Shown: positions 10,227 through 19,178 of the stretch, piece after piece | Layout: the number at the start of each line of letters is the position of its first letter | How positions within the stretch are numbered: the first letter of the stretch is position 1 | NCBI GenBank assembly: GCA_050292425.1 | Contig: JBNKLP010000007.1 | Location: forward strand, 1-58,004 | Direction of reading: 5' to 3' | DNA: 58,004 bases | DNA from: Candidatus Nanoarchaeia archaeon | GTDB taxonomy: Archaea; Nanobdellota; Nanobdellia; Woesearchaeales; UBA583 | Position numbers and translations under genes: made by a program | Notes under the pieces: model-generated | Told to the model about the DNA's origin: nothing | Seen by the model: the letters and a program-made list of their open reading frames with translations, nothing else | The model's database searches: none

Positions 10227-11404
10227 TTTCTAATCGCCTCAATTATATTAATTTTAGATGCCTTGTATGCAGGAATGAATCCTGCAACAGTTCCTATTGC
10301 AAATCCAAATACAAGAAGTGAGATTACATTAGATGGAAGTATTGATATTGTAAGAAATGTGAAACCATAACTTTGTGCAAATGACTCAAAGGCTTTTGCT
10401 GCAAGTGAACCGAAAACAACCCCAAAGACTGATCCCAAAAAACCAAAGAAGCCTGCCTGAAATATGTATATGAATAATATGTCTGAGTTAGTGGCACCAA
10501 TGGATTTCATTATTCCTATGTCTTTTGTTTTTTCAGTTATGATTACAAACATTGTATTTATTATTCCTATTGCTCCAACAATTAATGCTACAAATGCGAT
10601 TCCACCTAATGTGAATTTTACAATATCCAAAATACCACTTACTTGTTCTAAAAGAGCAGTTGGTGCTATTACAACAACTGTGTCTTTTCCAAGCTTGTTT
10701 TCAAGCAGAGTTTTGAGGTTTTCTTCTGCTATTGTTATGTCGTAGTTTTCTTCAATTATTACATCTATGTAACCAACATTATTTCCATCATCATATATGT
10801 CTCTTAAAGTCTCAATGTCAAAATATAAGTTTGAATCATCCTGAGGATTTCCTATACTTTTTAATATTCCTACAACTTTGAATTTTGTATCTTTTAAATA
10901 AATGTTTGAGCCTAGCTGAATTTCTTTATCGAACATATCTGAGGCTGCTTTTGGACCTAATATAACTGAGAATCTTTCATTAGATTTAGGTATTCTTCCT
11001 TGATCTACCTCAAGGTTTATGTCATCAAGAAATTCCTGAGTTATATGTGTTCCTATTATAAGACCTTGAACGTATTCTCTTCCAAATTGAATCTGTGCAG
11101 GTTTGAAATAATACGGATGCGCCCTTTTTACATATGGTTTGGACTCAATAAGATTAATTTCATTATCTGTGAGTCCTTTTGTTACATCAGTAGAACCAAT
11201 ATTTGTTGTTGCAGATGTAATGTATATTCTATTTGAACCAAGTTGATTGAATTGCTCTTCAATTGAATTTTCAAAACCCTGTCCAAGAAGAAAAATAACA
11301 AAAATTATCAATATTCCCAAACTTATTGCAAGAAGTGTTAAAGCTGAAGAAAATTTTCTCTGATTAATGTCCTTAAATACCAACATTAAATATGAAAATC
11401 TCAT
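10223..11404 (-). CDS. MacB/FtsX-family ABC transporter permease (paralogue)
   Basis: VGAIGIINTM..EKTKDIGIMKSIGA, IPAYKAS; 4-nt overlap with the next permease. Confidence 0.93.
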   Translation of the reverse strand: MRFSYLMLVFKDINQRKFSSALTLLAISLGILIIFVIFLLGQGFENSIEEQFNQLGSNRIYITSATTNIGSTDVTKGLTDNEINLIESKPYVKRAHPYYFKPAQIQFGREYVQGLIIGTHITQEFLDDINLEVDQGRIPKSNERFSVILGPKAASDMFDKEIQLGSNIYLKDTKFKVVGILKSIGNPQDDSNLYFDIETLRDIYDDGNNVGYIDVIIEENYDITIAEENLKTLLENKLGKDTVVVIAPTALLEQVSGILDIVKFTLGGIAFVALIVGAIGIINTMFVIITEKTKDIGIMKSIGATNSDILFIYIFQAGFFGFLGSVFGVVFGSLAAKAFESFAQSYGFTFLTISILPSNVISLLVFGFAIGTVAGFIPAYKASKINIIEAIRK

Positions 11405-11484
11405 TTTTCTACTCCGTACAAAAATGAAGAAATTTTCTCAAAATTTCTTGACAAAATTTCCACTTTGTACAAATTTAGTTTCAT
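11401..11484 (-). CDS. putative 27-aa small ORF containing an inverted repeat
   Basis: MKLNLYKVEILSRNFEKISSFLYGVEK*, GAGGT upstream, stop overlaps the permease start (ATGA). Confidence 0.35.
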   Translation of the reverse strand: MKLNLYKVEILSRNFEKISSFLYGVEK

Positions 11485-11525
11485 CTTTTCTACCTCTTTG
11501 CAAAAATAATTAATTTAATAATTAT

Positions 11526-12764
11526 TTATTTTCTGTGTTTTGCTCCTTTTTTATATCCCAATTTTCTTCCTACAAAAAATGCTATCACTCCCATTATAAG
11601 TGCAAAGATTATTGAACCATAAGATGTGTTTCCACCACCTGCAACAATCCCATAAGAGACAAGTTCATCTTGTGAATATATTTTAAGAGGAATCTCAATC
11701 ATTTCTTCACTTTTCTGATTGTAACTGTCAAGATATGTAAGTTTTATCTTAAGTGTTGCAGCATCTGAGTTGCTTATGTGAATGTTTGCTTGAATAGTCT
11801 GAAAATCATCCGGATTCAAATCTCCAACATATTGAAATTCTCCTTCAATAATTTCATATTCATCAGAAGGAAGAATTTCTATTCTTGTTCCTTTTACTGA
11901 ACTTGTTCCAGGGTTTGCAATTGCAAGTGTAATCTTTCCATTTCCTTGAGTATATATTTCTTGAGAGTCAAGTTTTAATGAAATGATTGGCTCTGAATAA
12001 ACTCTAACAGATCCCAAAACTTCTGTTGTGTATGAGTTTTCAAATGAATCCTCATAATTTACTTCAACTGGAAGCAGATATGGCTGAGCATCTGCATCAG
12101 GAGATACTTCAATCTCAAATTCAATTGTTTTCTTTTCTCCCGCCTTTAGGAATGATATAACTTTCTGATTTGTTCCTGAAACAGTACTTAAAGCTTTATC
12201 ATCAACATCACTTAGACCCAAAGATACAACCATATTACTTAAAGTTACTGAGTTTGGATTTGTAATATCAAATGTTAATTTGCCAATTTCTCCTGCTTTT
12301 ACTGTTCCAATCTGGAAATTGCTTACTTCCAAAGAAGGATTCTGATCCTGAACTGAAAGATCAAATTCATAATTATAAGTTCCTTGAGCTGTTGTTACTT
12401 CAAAGCTTACTGGGTTTTCTCCAAGTGGAGTGTCTGGTGCAACTTCAATTAGAAATTTTGCAATTACATAACTGTTTGAGCCAGTAAGTGAAGAGTATGC
12501 AGGAATAACTCCAATATCTTTTTTTATTTGTTTTCCTTGTGCAATTTTGAAGTTTTCATTTTCAATAAATCTTATTGTTGCATCATTTATTGATGTGTCT
12601 CCACTGTTTGAAACTTTTACATTTAATTCAACAAAGTTTCCTGGCGATACAGGATCTGGATTCTGGTTTGCCAGCACTACATTCAATTCTCCTATGGAGT
12701 ATGCTGAGGATACTCCCAAAATAATTGTCAGGAGACTTAATAGGAATATTTTAAATATTTTCAT
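11526..12764 (-). CDS. COG1361 S-layer-family Ig-repeat protein (ABC-associated)
   Basis: Signal peptide, QNPDPVSPG, repeated Ig-like domains, YVGDLNPDDF, C-terminal TM helix plus basic tail. Confidence 0.8.
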   Translation of the reverse strand: MKIFKIFLLSLLTIILGVSSAYSIGELNVVLANQNPDPVSPGNFVELNVKVSNSGDTSINDATIRFIENENFKIAQGKQIKKDIGVIPAYSSLTGSNSYVIAKFLIEVAPDTPLGENPVSFEVTTAQGTYNYEFDLSVQDQNPSLEVSNFQIGTVKAGEIGKLTFDITNPNSVTLSNMVVSLGLSDVDDKALSTVSGTNQKVISFLKAGEKKTIEFEIEVSPDADAQPYLLPVEVNYEDSFENSYTTEVLGSVRVYSEPIISLKLDSQEIYTQGNGKITLAIANPGTSSVKGTRIEILPSDEYEIIEGEFQYVGDLNPDDFQTIQANIHISNSDAATLKIKLTYLDSYNQKSEEMIEIPLKIYSQDELVSYGIVAGGGNTSYGSIIFALIMGVIAFFVGRKLGYKKGAKHRK

Positions 12765-12773
12765 TTTTCTCTT

Positions 12774-13487
12774 TTATAAAATGTGATTATTTGGTTTGTC
12801 ATCAACCACTTTACCATCTATCAAAGTGATAATTCTGTGGGCATAATGTGATAGTTTATCATCATGTGTTACCAAAATGATTGTTTTTCCTTCTTTATGG
12901 AGCCGTTTTAAGCTTTCCATAACTGTGATACCTGTTTTGGAATCTAAATTTCCAGTTGGTTCATCAGCCAGGATTATTTCGGGTTCGTTAGCAAGCGCTC
13001 TAGCAATAGCCACCCTTTGCTGCTGACCTCCTGAGAGCTCAGAAGGTTTGTTTATGAGTCTCTCTCCCATATCAAGTTTTTCTAAAAGTTCTTGAGCTTT
13101 TTTTGATCTTTCTTCTTTTGAGATTCCCTGAAATATCATTGGAAGTTCAACGTTTTCCTGTGAAGATAAGGTTTTTATTAAGTTGAATTTTTGGAAGATA
13201 TATCCAATTTTCTTTCCTCTGATTATTGCCAATTGTGATTCTGAAAGGTTTGACACTCTATGACCATCAAGCACAACATCTCCTTGTGAGGGAGTATCTA
13301 AACAACCTATCTGGTTTACAGCAGTTGTTTTTCCCGAACCTGATTTTCCAACTATTGCTACAAATTCTCCCTTTTTTACTTTAAATGAGAGACCTTTTAG
13401 TGCATGGACAGTATTATCTCCCAAGTAATATGTTTTCCAAACGTTTTCAAGTTCAATTGCTGTTTTGTGTTTTTGATTTTGTGCCAT
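12774..13487 (-). CDS. ABC transporter ATP-binding protein (LolD/MacB type)
   Basis: GKSGSGKT, LSGGQQQRVAIARAL, ILADEPTGNLD, VTHD. Confidence 0.96.
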   Translation of the reverse strand: MAQNQKHKTAIELENVWKTYYLGDNTVHALKGLSFKVKKGEFVAIVGKSGSGKTTAVNQIGCLDTPSQGDVVLDGHRVSNLSESQLAIIRGKKIGYIFQKFNLIKTLSSQENVELPMIFQGISKEERSKKAQELLEKLDMGERLINKPSELSGGQQQRVAIARALANEPEIILADEPTGNLDSKTGITVMESLKRLHKEGKTIILVTHDDKLSHYAHRIITLIDGKVVDDKPNNHIL

Positions 13488-13488
13488 T

Positions 13489-14025
13489 TTATTTCATATG
13501 CATTGATTTTATCTTATTTCTAAAATCCAGAAGTGATTTTATTAGAAATTGTGCATCTTCTATGGAAAAGAGCGAAGTTTTTTGAGAAGAATGAAATTCA
13601 AATACCTCTTCAAGTTTTTTTTCACCAATTTTAGTAATACTAACAAGTTTCTCTCTTTTATTTAAAGGATTGTCAGTTCTTTTTATCAAACCTTTTTCCT
13701 CCATACGAGTAATTAATGTGGAAATGTTTGCTTTTGATGAATAAACCCAATTTGAAAGTTCATTTTGTGTTAATGAATCCTTGTTGCAAAAGTATAAGGT
13801 TTCAAGTATGGATTGTTGTGCTATGCTTAAATCAAAGTGTTTTAAGAATTCGTTGAATATGTCTTCAACTAGTTTTCCAGATCTTAGTATGGATATCATT
13901 GCTTGGTCATCAAGATCAATATCTTTGCATTTTAATATTCCGTTGTCAAGTATGTCGTCCCAATTCTTAAAGTTCTGATTCCATACAGAAGAATCCTTAA
14001 TATTTCTAACTTGATTATTGTTCAT
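13489..14025 (-). CDS. MarR-family transcriptional regulator
   Basis: LTQNELS..SKANISTLITRMEEKGLIKR..NKREKLVSITKIG winged helix; first gene of the ABC operon. Confidence 0.88.
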   Translation of the reverse strand: MNNNQVRNIKDSSVWNQNFKNWDDILDNGILKCKDIDLDDQAMISILRSGKLVEDIFNEFLKHFDLSIAQQSILETLYFCNKDSLTQNELSNWVYSSKANISTLITRMEEKGLIKRTDNPLNKREKLVSITKIGEKKLEEVFEFHSSQKTSLFSIEDAQFLIKSLLDFRNKIKSMHMK

Positions 14026-14032
14026 AAGTTAA

Positions 14033-14050
14033 TAGTTAATATGTTAACTA
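14033..14050. promoter_or_regulatory. putative MarR operator
   Basis: Inverted repeat TAGTTAA-tatg-TTAACTA between the TATA-like element (14053-14061) and the marR ATG (14025). Confidence 0.65.
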
Positions 14051-14100
14051 ACTATATAAAAGTATGTTGTAACTAAGTAGTGTTTGAGTTAAAAAAATAA

Positions 14101-14700
14101 TTAGTCAAAATTATTTTGATTTTTGCTATGGGATTTCTTCACATAAAACACAATTCCCAATATAATTGTCAGAATCACCATAAAGCTTATTACAATTAGC
14201 AATGTAGGTAAAGAACTAGAGTTCTTAACGCTTTGAGCAATTTCTCCCATATCATCAGCCATGGTAGTCTCCATCAAATTAAGTTCCTTCAGTTCTTCAT
14301 GCGAGTTCTGGTCAATCTCTTCCAAAGTATAGTAATATTTCCCATCAACCTCATCACTTAGTCTTGCCAAATATTCAGCCTCTGTTGTATCATCAACCAC
14401 AATGAAACTCTCATCCTCTGCCTTCTCATCCAAATAGAAAATCTCATTGTAACTTCCCTCTAACTTTGTCTTGTAAGTTCTTTTATCAAATTTCTCCAAA
14501 ACCAACTTCTTTGCATTCATAAACATATTTTGAATTTCATTATTCTGAGGAGAACAGCTTCTTTCCTGAATTTCATTACCCTTACAGCCATTTAAGTCAG
14601 TTTTTGTTCTAGTTTGTTTGAAATTGTTACAGTTAGACCAAGAGGAGTATTGATAACTGGGTTCACAAGTTGGAGGAATATATATTGAAGAACTTCCACC
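14101..14700 (-). repeat. dispersed repeat, copy 1 (shared C-terminal anchor cassette)
   Basis: Clearly homologous at DNA and protein level to 53287-53889. Confidence 0.85.
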
Positions 14701-17424
14701 ACTAGAAGAGGAACTGCTGGAAGAGGAACCAGAACTGCTTGATGAAGAAGATGTTGAAGAACTACTACTAGAACTTGAACTGCTACTCTGTTCATTAGAA
14801 GTATCGTTATTATTGGTTGAACTATTTTGATTTGAGCCATACTCAATCTCAGTCAGCCACATAACAGTAGGATAACCAATATAACCCATATTGGCTGGTT
14901 GATAAAATCTTATTCTGTCTGTTGTAATCTCATTAAAAGAAACACTTGAATTAGAAACGGACACTCCATTCAACATTGAATCAATCAAAACATATGAACT
15001 TCCATCCCAGTATTCAACATTAACCTGCTGTGAACTCATATAGTGATTTCTATTACTTCCACTGCTAAGAGTGTTGTTTGCCCAGTAAATTGTAGCATAA
15101 TTCAAGGAAGTTGACTCATTGAAATTGATAACAACCCAATGAGCCTCTGTTGCAGAACTTCCTGAGGCCCAAGTGCCACTCTGAACACTATCAGCAGAAA
15201 TAACATCATCATCAATTACTAAGGTTGAATAACCAGAGTATGTTGAATCAACTTCAACTGAATTTGATGAATTCTGAGTTGGTTGACAAACCAAATCAGA
15301 TCCATCACAGTCCTCATCAATGCCATTGCCACATATCTCAGTTGTTGCCAGGGTGTCTTGAATGCAAGAACCCCAGGCATTGTTTGTACAAGTCTGGGTT
15401 CCGGCTGAACAAATCCCTAAGTTTGAAGTTGAACAAGATTGAGTTTGCCCGTTTGAGCAAACGGGAGGAGGGTTAGTTCCTCCGGAACTTGAAGGAACTC
15501 CATTCCATACTTCAAATTTATCCAAATCAATTCCCATTGGAAAGTCAGGAACCATGGCAGACCAGTTTGTAAATAATTCTCCAATTCTAAATCCATCACC
15601 AAAATCAGGAACAGTTATAATTTGTGAATAGCCAGTGCCTTGCATGTCCCAATCATCAATCCAGAAAGTGACTCGAACATTCCCTGGTTGGTTATTTGTA
15701 TTTAATAATTCCACTTTCATTGCAATTGAGTGCCAATTACCATCTTTTATATTAATTCCAGTTTGAAAGTAATTACTAGCATAAGTGCTAGGATCGTAGA
15801 TGTTCCACCTAGGATCATTAGGAGTTGCACTATCACCATCAAATCTTAGTTTCAAAAGAGCTCCGGCACCATCGCCATTACCTCCATTTCCTGTTATTCG
15901 AATGAATTTCAAACCTCCGCCTCCATCAACAGCATCATTTGCAATACTCCAATCTCCAGTGGTTCGAAAATTAAATCTGACAACCATTGTATCAGAAGTT
16001 ATGGTATTGACAAATTCATTTCTGTCTTGAGAGCCCAAAGGGTATGTGAAATCATTTCCAAATTGAAGGTAGTTGTTTGGATAAGTTGCATCTTGGGAAA
16101 GACAAGGGTCAGGACCTGGACGGAATTGAAGATGCAAGTAATTAGTCTGATCAGATGCAGTTCTGCCCTCACAGTTTGAGATGATTTGTGTTCCGCTTAT
16201 GTGATGATTCCAATATGTTTCATACCCAGAACCAAATGGGTAGTTTTCTGCTGGAGCATAAAGACCACTCTGACCTGTTAACATCTCAAAACTTTGATTA
16301 ATTACTATTGTTGCATTATTTGAAACAGGAGGTTGGCAAACCAAATCTGTACCGTCACAGTCCTCATCAATGCCATTGCCACATATCTCAGTTGTTGCCA
16401 GGGTGTCTTGGATACAGGTACCCCAGGCATTGTTTGTACAAGTTTGGGTTCCGGTTGAACAGATCCCTAAGTTTGAGGTTGAACAAGACTGAGTTTGACC
16501 TAAGGAACAAACCGGAGGAGTTTGGCCTGCATCATCTGGCAAACCATTCCAAACTTCCACTTTATCAATGTCAATTCCCATAGGAAAATCCGGGTAATTA
16601 GCAGACCAATTAGCAAACAACTCAATTAAATTAAAACCACCTCCAAAGTCTGGAGACACTATGTTTTCAGTTATTCCCTCTCCTTGCATGTTCCAATCAT
16701 CAACCCAGAAAGTTACAGTTAGATTCCCTTGATCATCATTTCTAGTAACTTTAAAAACTACAGAATGCCACTCTCCATCCTGAACATCAATATTCACCGT
16801 ATGAGGGTTATTGATATCTGTCCAAGATGTTCCTGAAGGATCAAATAGTTTCCATTCAGAATCTGTGTCATCCCCATCATTATTTAATTTCAAAAGTGCA
16901 GCTGCAGGATCTCCTGTTCCTCCTGTTCCAAATACTCTAATGAATTTTAAACCTCCTCCGGCATCAGTTGGATTGTTTGATGTCCAATCTCCTGTTGTTC
17001 TGAAATAAAATCTCACAACCATAGTGTCTGAAGTTATGACATCTTGTAAATTTACTCTATTTTGTGTACCTTGGGGATAGAGATAATCCTCACCAATATT
17101 TGAATGTGAATTAACTGATGTTGGAGTAGTGCCCAAACAAGGATCTGTTGCTCCAGTATAAAATTGTAAGTGCCAATAATAAGAACCCTCATAGGCACCT
17201 AAACCTCCACATTGACTAAGAATGCTTGTTCCTGCATCATGAGTTTCCCAAAAACTTAAATAATTTGTTCCAAATAAATAATTATCTGCAGGAGCCATCA
17301 ATCCCGATTGATTATTAAATCCTTCAAAACCTGACTCTATAACAAGTTCTGCAAAAATCAAGTTTACATTAAATAAAATTAATGTTACTAGAACTATTTT
17401 TTTAAAAATTGAATTTGATATCAT
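14101..17424 (-). CDS. large membrane-anchored surface protein: 2x (jelly-roll/polysaccharide-lyase-like domain + Cys-rich EICGNGIDEDCDG repeat), discoidin-like domain, Ser-rich linker, C-terminal TM
   Basis: Signal peptide, 350-aa tandem duplication, W..WVVINF..IYW..TDRIRF F5/8-like domain, poly-Ser, TM plus basic tail. Confidence 0.75.
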   Translation of the reverse strand: MISNSIFKKIVLVTLILFNVNLIFAELVIESGFEGFNNQSGLMAPADNYLFGTNYLSFWETHDAGTSILSQCGGLGAYEGSYYWHLQFYTGATDPCLGTTPTSVNSHSNIGEDYLYPQGTQNRVNLQDVITSDTMVVRFYFRTTGDWTSNNPTDAGGGLKFIRVFGTGGTGDPAAALLKLNNDGDDTDSEWKLFDPSGTSWTDINNPHTVNIDVQDGEWHSVVFKVTRNDDQGNLTVTFWVDDWNMQGEGITENIVSPDFGGGFNLIELFANWSANYPDFPMGIDIDKVEVWNGLPDDAGQTPPVCSLGQTQSCSTSNLGICSTGTQTCTNNAWGTCIQDTLATTEICGNGIDEDCDGTDLVCQPPVSNNATIVINQSFEMLTGQSGLYAPAENYPFGSGYETYWNHHISGTQIISNCEGRTASDQTNYLHLQFRPGPDPCLSQDATYPNNYLQFGNDFTYPLGSQDRNEFVNTITSDTMVVRFNFRTTGDWSIANDAVDGGGGLKFIRITGNGGNGDGAGALLKLRFDGDSATPNDPRWNIYDPSTYASNYFQTGINIKDGNWHSIAMKVELLNTNNQPGNVRVTFWIDDWDMQGTGYSQIITVPDFGDGFRIGELFTNWSAMVPDFPMGIDLDKFEVWNGVPSSSGGTNPPPVCSNGQTQSCSTSNLGICSAGTQTCTNNAWGSCIQDTLATTEICGNGIDEDCDGSDLVCQPTQNSSNSVEVDSTYSGYSTLVIDDDVISADSVQSGTWASGSSATEAHWVVINFNESTSLNYATIYWANNTLSSGSNRNHYMSSQQVNVEYWDGSSYVLIDSMLNGVSVSNSSVSFNEITTDRIRFYQPANMGYIGYPTVMWLTEIEYGSNQNSSTNNNDTSNEQSSSSSSSSSSSTSSSSSSSGSSSSSSSSSGGSSSIYIPPTCEPSYQYSSWSNCNNFKQTRTKTDLNGCKGNEIQERSCSPQNNEIQNMFMNAKKLVLEKFDKRTYKTKLEGSYNEIFYLDEKAEDESFIVVDDTTEAEYLARLSDEVDGKYYYTLEEIDQNSHEELKELNLMETTMADDMGEIAQSVKNSSSLPTLLIVISFMVILTIILGIVFYVKKSHSKNQNNFD
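15281..15470. repeat. intragenic direct repeat, copy A
   Basis: 169/190 nt identical (manual count) to 16331-16520, offset 1050 nt. Confidence 0.9.
16331..16520. repeat. intragenic direct repeat, copy B
   Basis: Partner of 15281-15470. Confidence 0.9.
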
Positions 17425-17483
17425 AATTAAATTAAATTTTTAAGTTAATAGTTTAAAAAAATTTGTAATAATTAAAAGTGAAT

Positions 17484-18689
17484 TCAATTACTGTATACAC
17501 ACCTAAATCCACTTCTAGAATCTCCTCCAAATGAACTAAGTTGCATATCAACAGTATAAATTCCTGAATTATCTATTCCATACAAATAACTTCCTCCCCT
17601 AGTCATATATGTTAAAATTGGATTAGTGTCTCCTTCAATTCTCCCAATACCATTATTAGCATTATAATTGCCCAAAGGACCTATCTCAAATTTTTTATTT
17701 ATAGTATTCGTTTTGTTATAAGGATATTGATAAGGACATTCAGAGTTTCCATCATTTCCATAGAAACTATAAATAATACTATTACCACAAATATCTCCAT
17801 TAAGAATGTCCCCTGTTTCATTTGCATCAACCCACTCTTCAAGATTTCCTGCAAAATCCCAAATCACTTCTCCATTGGATAAATAATGTGTTCTTCTTTG
17901 ATTTGGCCCAACTGAACTTGAATTTCCAGTACTATAATATCCATCATTGTCATTTAAAGATGCATTTAATCTTGAAGATGGAGAATCATCAGTATGTCCC
18001 TTAAAAACAAATCCACTTCCAATTTGAGATGAATTCCAATTAAAGCTATTTGTTTCAATCTGTCTTGCAATAGTCATCCACTCACGATTAGTAATTAAAT
18101 GATAACCTGTTCCCAAAGCACTACAGTTATTTAAAGATTCAGTAAAATTAATCCAAGATGAAGGCTGAGAGCTAGCAGATGAATTTGCAATACCACTATA
18201 TGCATCACCCTCATATTTCATCACACAAAAGTCATCCAATCCAAAATATGTACTTCCTGGAACATATATCCATGAACCGCCAGATAAGGAAGAGCAATCT
18301 AATACATTCAAATCAATATTGAATGTTTCACTTAAAATTCTATCATCTGAAACAAGAACAAATTCTTGAATAGTCTGAGTTAAGTTACTTAAACAATTAC
18401 CAACACTAATTTCATTCAAACCTTCAACCAAATCCAAAGTTCCACTATAACAAACATCATTACCTATTTTGATAGTATTTATTGATAGAGTGCCATCAGA
18501 ATAAACATACATTGTTCCTTTAATAACATTCTTTATATCCAAACTGTCAAAATTTCCCCTAGAATCAGCTTCTGCAAACAAATTAGAAGAAAATCCAATA
18601 AACCATTGTTGAAATGCAACAACAGAGACAACTGTAACAACTAAAAGTAAAGCTATGGCAACAACAGGATGAACTGCTTTTTTATTCAT
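17484..18689 (-). CDS. archaeal type IV pilin N-terminus fused to an FGE-sulfatase/CLec-fold domain
   Basis: MNKKA|VHPVVAIALLLVVTVV class III signal; FCVMKYE, YHLITNREW, IWDFAGNLEEWV, RGGSY, GFRCV. Confidence 0.8.
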   Translation of the reverse strand: MNKKAVHPVVAIALLLVVTVVSVVAFQQWFIGFSSNLFAEADSRGNFDSLDIKNVIKGTMYVYSDGTLSINTIKIGNDVCYSGTLDLVEGLNEISVGNCLSNLTQTIQEFVLVSDDRILSETFNIDLNVLDCSSLSGGSWIYVPGSTYFGLDDFCVMKYEGDAYSGIANSSASSQPSSWINFTESLNNCSALGTGYHLITNREWMTIARQIETNSFNWNSSQIGSGFVFKGHTDDSPSSRLNASLNDNDGYYSTGNSSSVGPNQRRTHYLSNGEVIWDFAGNLEEWVDANETGDILNGDICGNSIIYSFYGNDGNSECPYQYPYNKTNTINKKFEIGPLGNYNANNGIGRIEGDTNPILTYMTRGGSYLYGIDNSGIYTVDMQLSSFGGDSRSGFRCVYSN

Positions 18690-18764
18690 AACATCAAATT
18701 AATAAAACAACTTATAAATATTTGTAATTTCTTGAAGTTAAAAATAATGTATTGACATAAAAAA

Positions 18765-19166
18765 TTATGATAATTTATTGAGTTTGGATAAATCTTTTGA
18801 AAGTGAAATAGTATTCAAAGAAATCTCATGAATTTCACCATTTATTGCTACAAGACTCTTGAATTTACATTCAAAACTCTTCATTAATTTTTCAATATCT
18901 TTTCGTATGTATTGCAATTGTATGCAATGAGGAGATTTGTCCATAGATATGAAGATCAATTCCTCTACTTGTTGAGTCTCAATCACTGAGGCAATTTTAT
19001 GAGCAATCATATTCATATGAGTTGACTCTAAACATACAAAAAATATGTTTTGTGAGATCTCCCTTACTTTTTCAAAAGCTCTTGGATCCATTGCAGGCAT
19101 GCAAGTAGCACAAATTACAACTTTTCCTTTAAGTTCAAATACATTTGATGTAAGAAGATCTTTCAT
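18765..19166 (-). CDS. Cys-containing hypothetical protein (possible Fe-S/metal binding)
   Basis: CATC, VCLE, SPHC motifs; begins 12 nt downstream of tbp. Confidence 0.5.
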   Translation of the reverse strand: MKDLLTSNVFELKGKVVICATCMPAMDPRAFEKVREISQNIFFVCLESTHMNMIAHKIASVIETQQVEELIFISMDKSPHCIQLQYIRKDIEKLMKSFECKFKSLVAINGEIHEISLNTISLSKDLSKLNKLS

Positions 19167-19178
19167 ATAAAAAAATAA

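Noticed and set aside
14690-14790. GAACT/GAAGA-rich quasi-repeats (also 53880-53960) as a CRISPR array or microsatellite
   Set aside because: They encode poly-Ser linkers; there is no constant repeat-spacer period
15281-16520. Near-identical repeat pair as a DGR template/variable repeat
   Set aside because: Both copies are in-frame coding sequence of one gene, mismatches are not adenine-specific on either strand, and no RT is present
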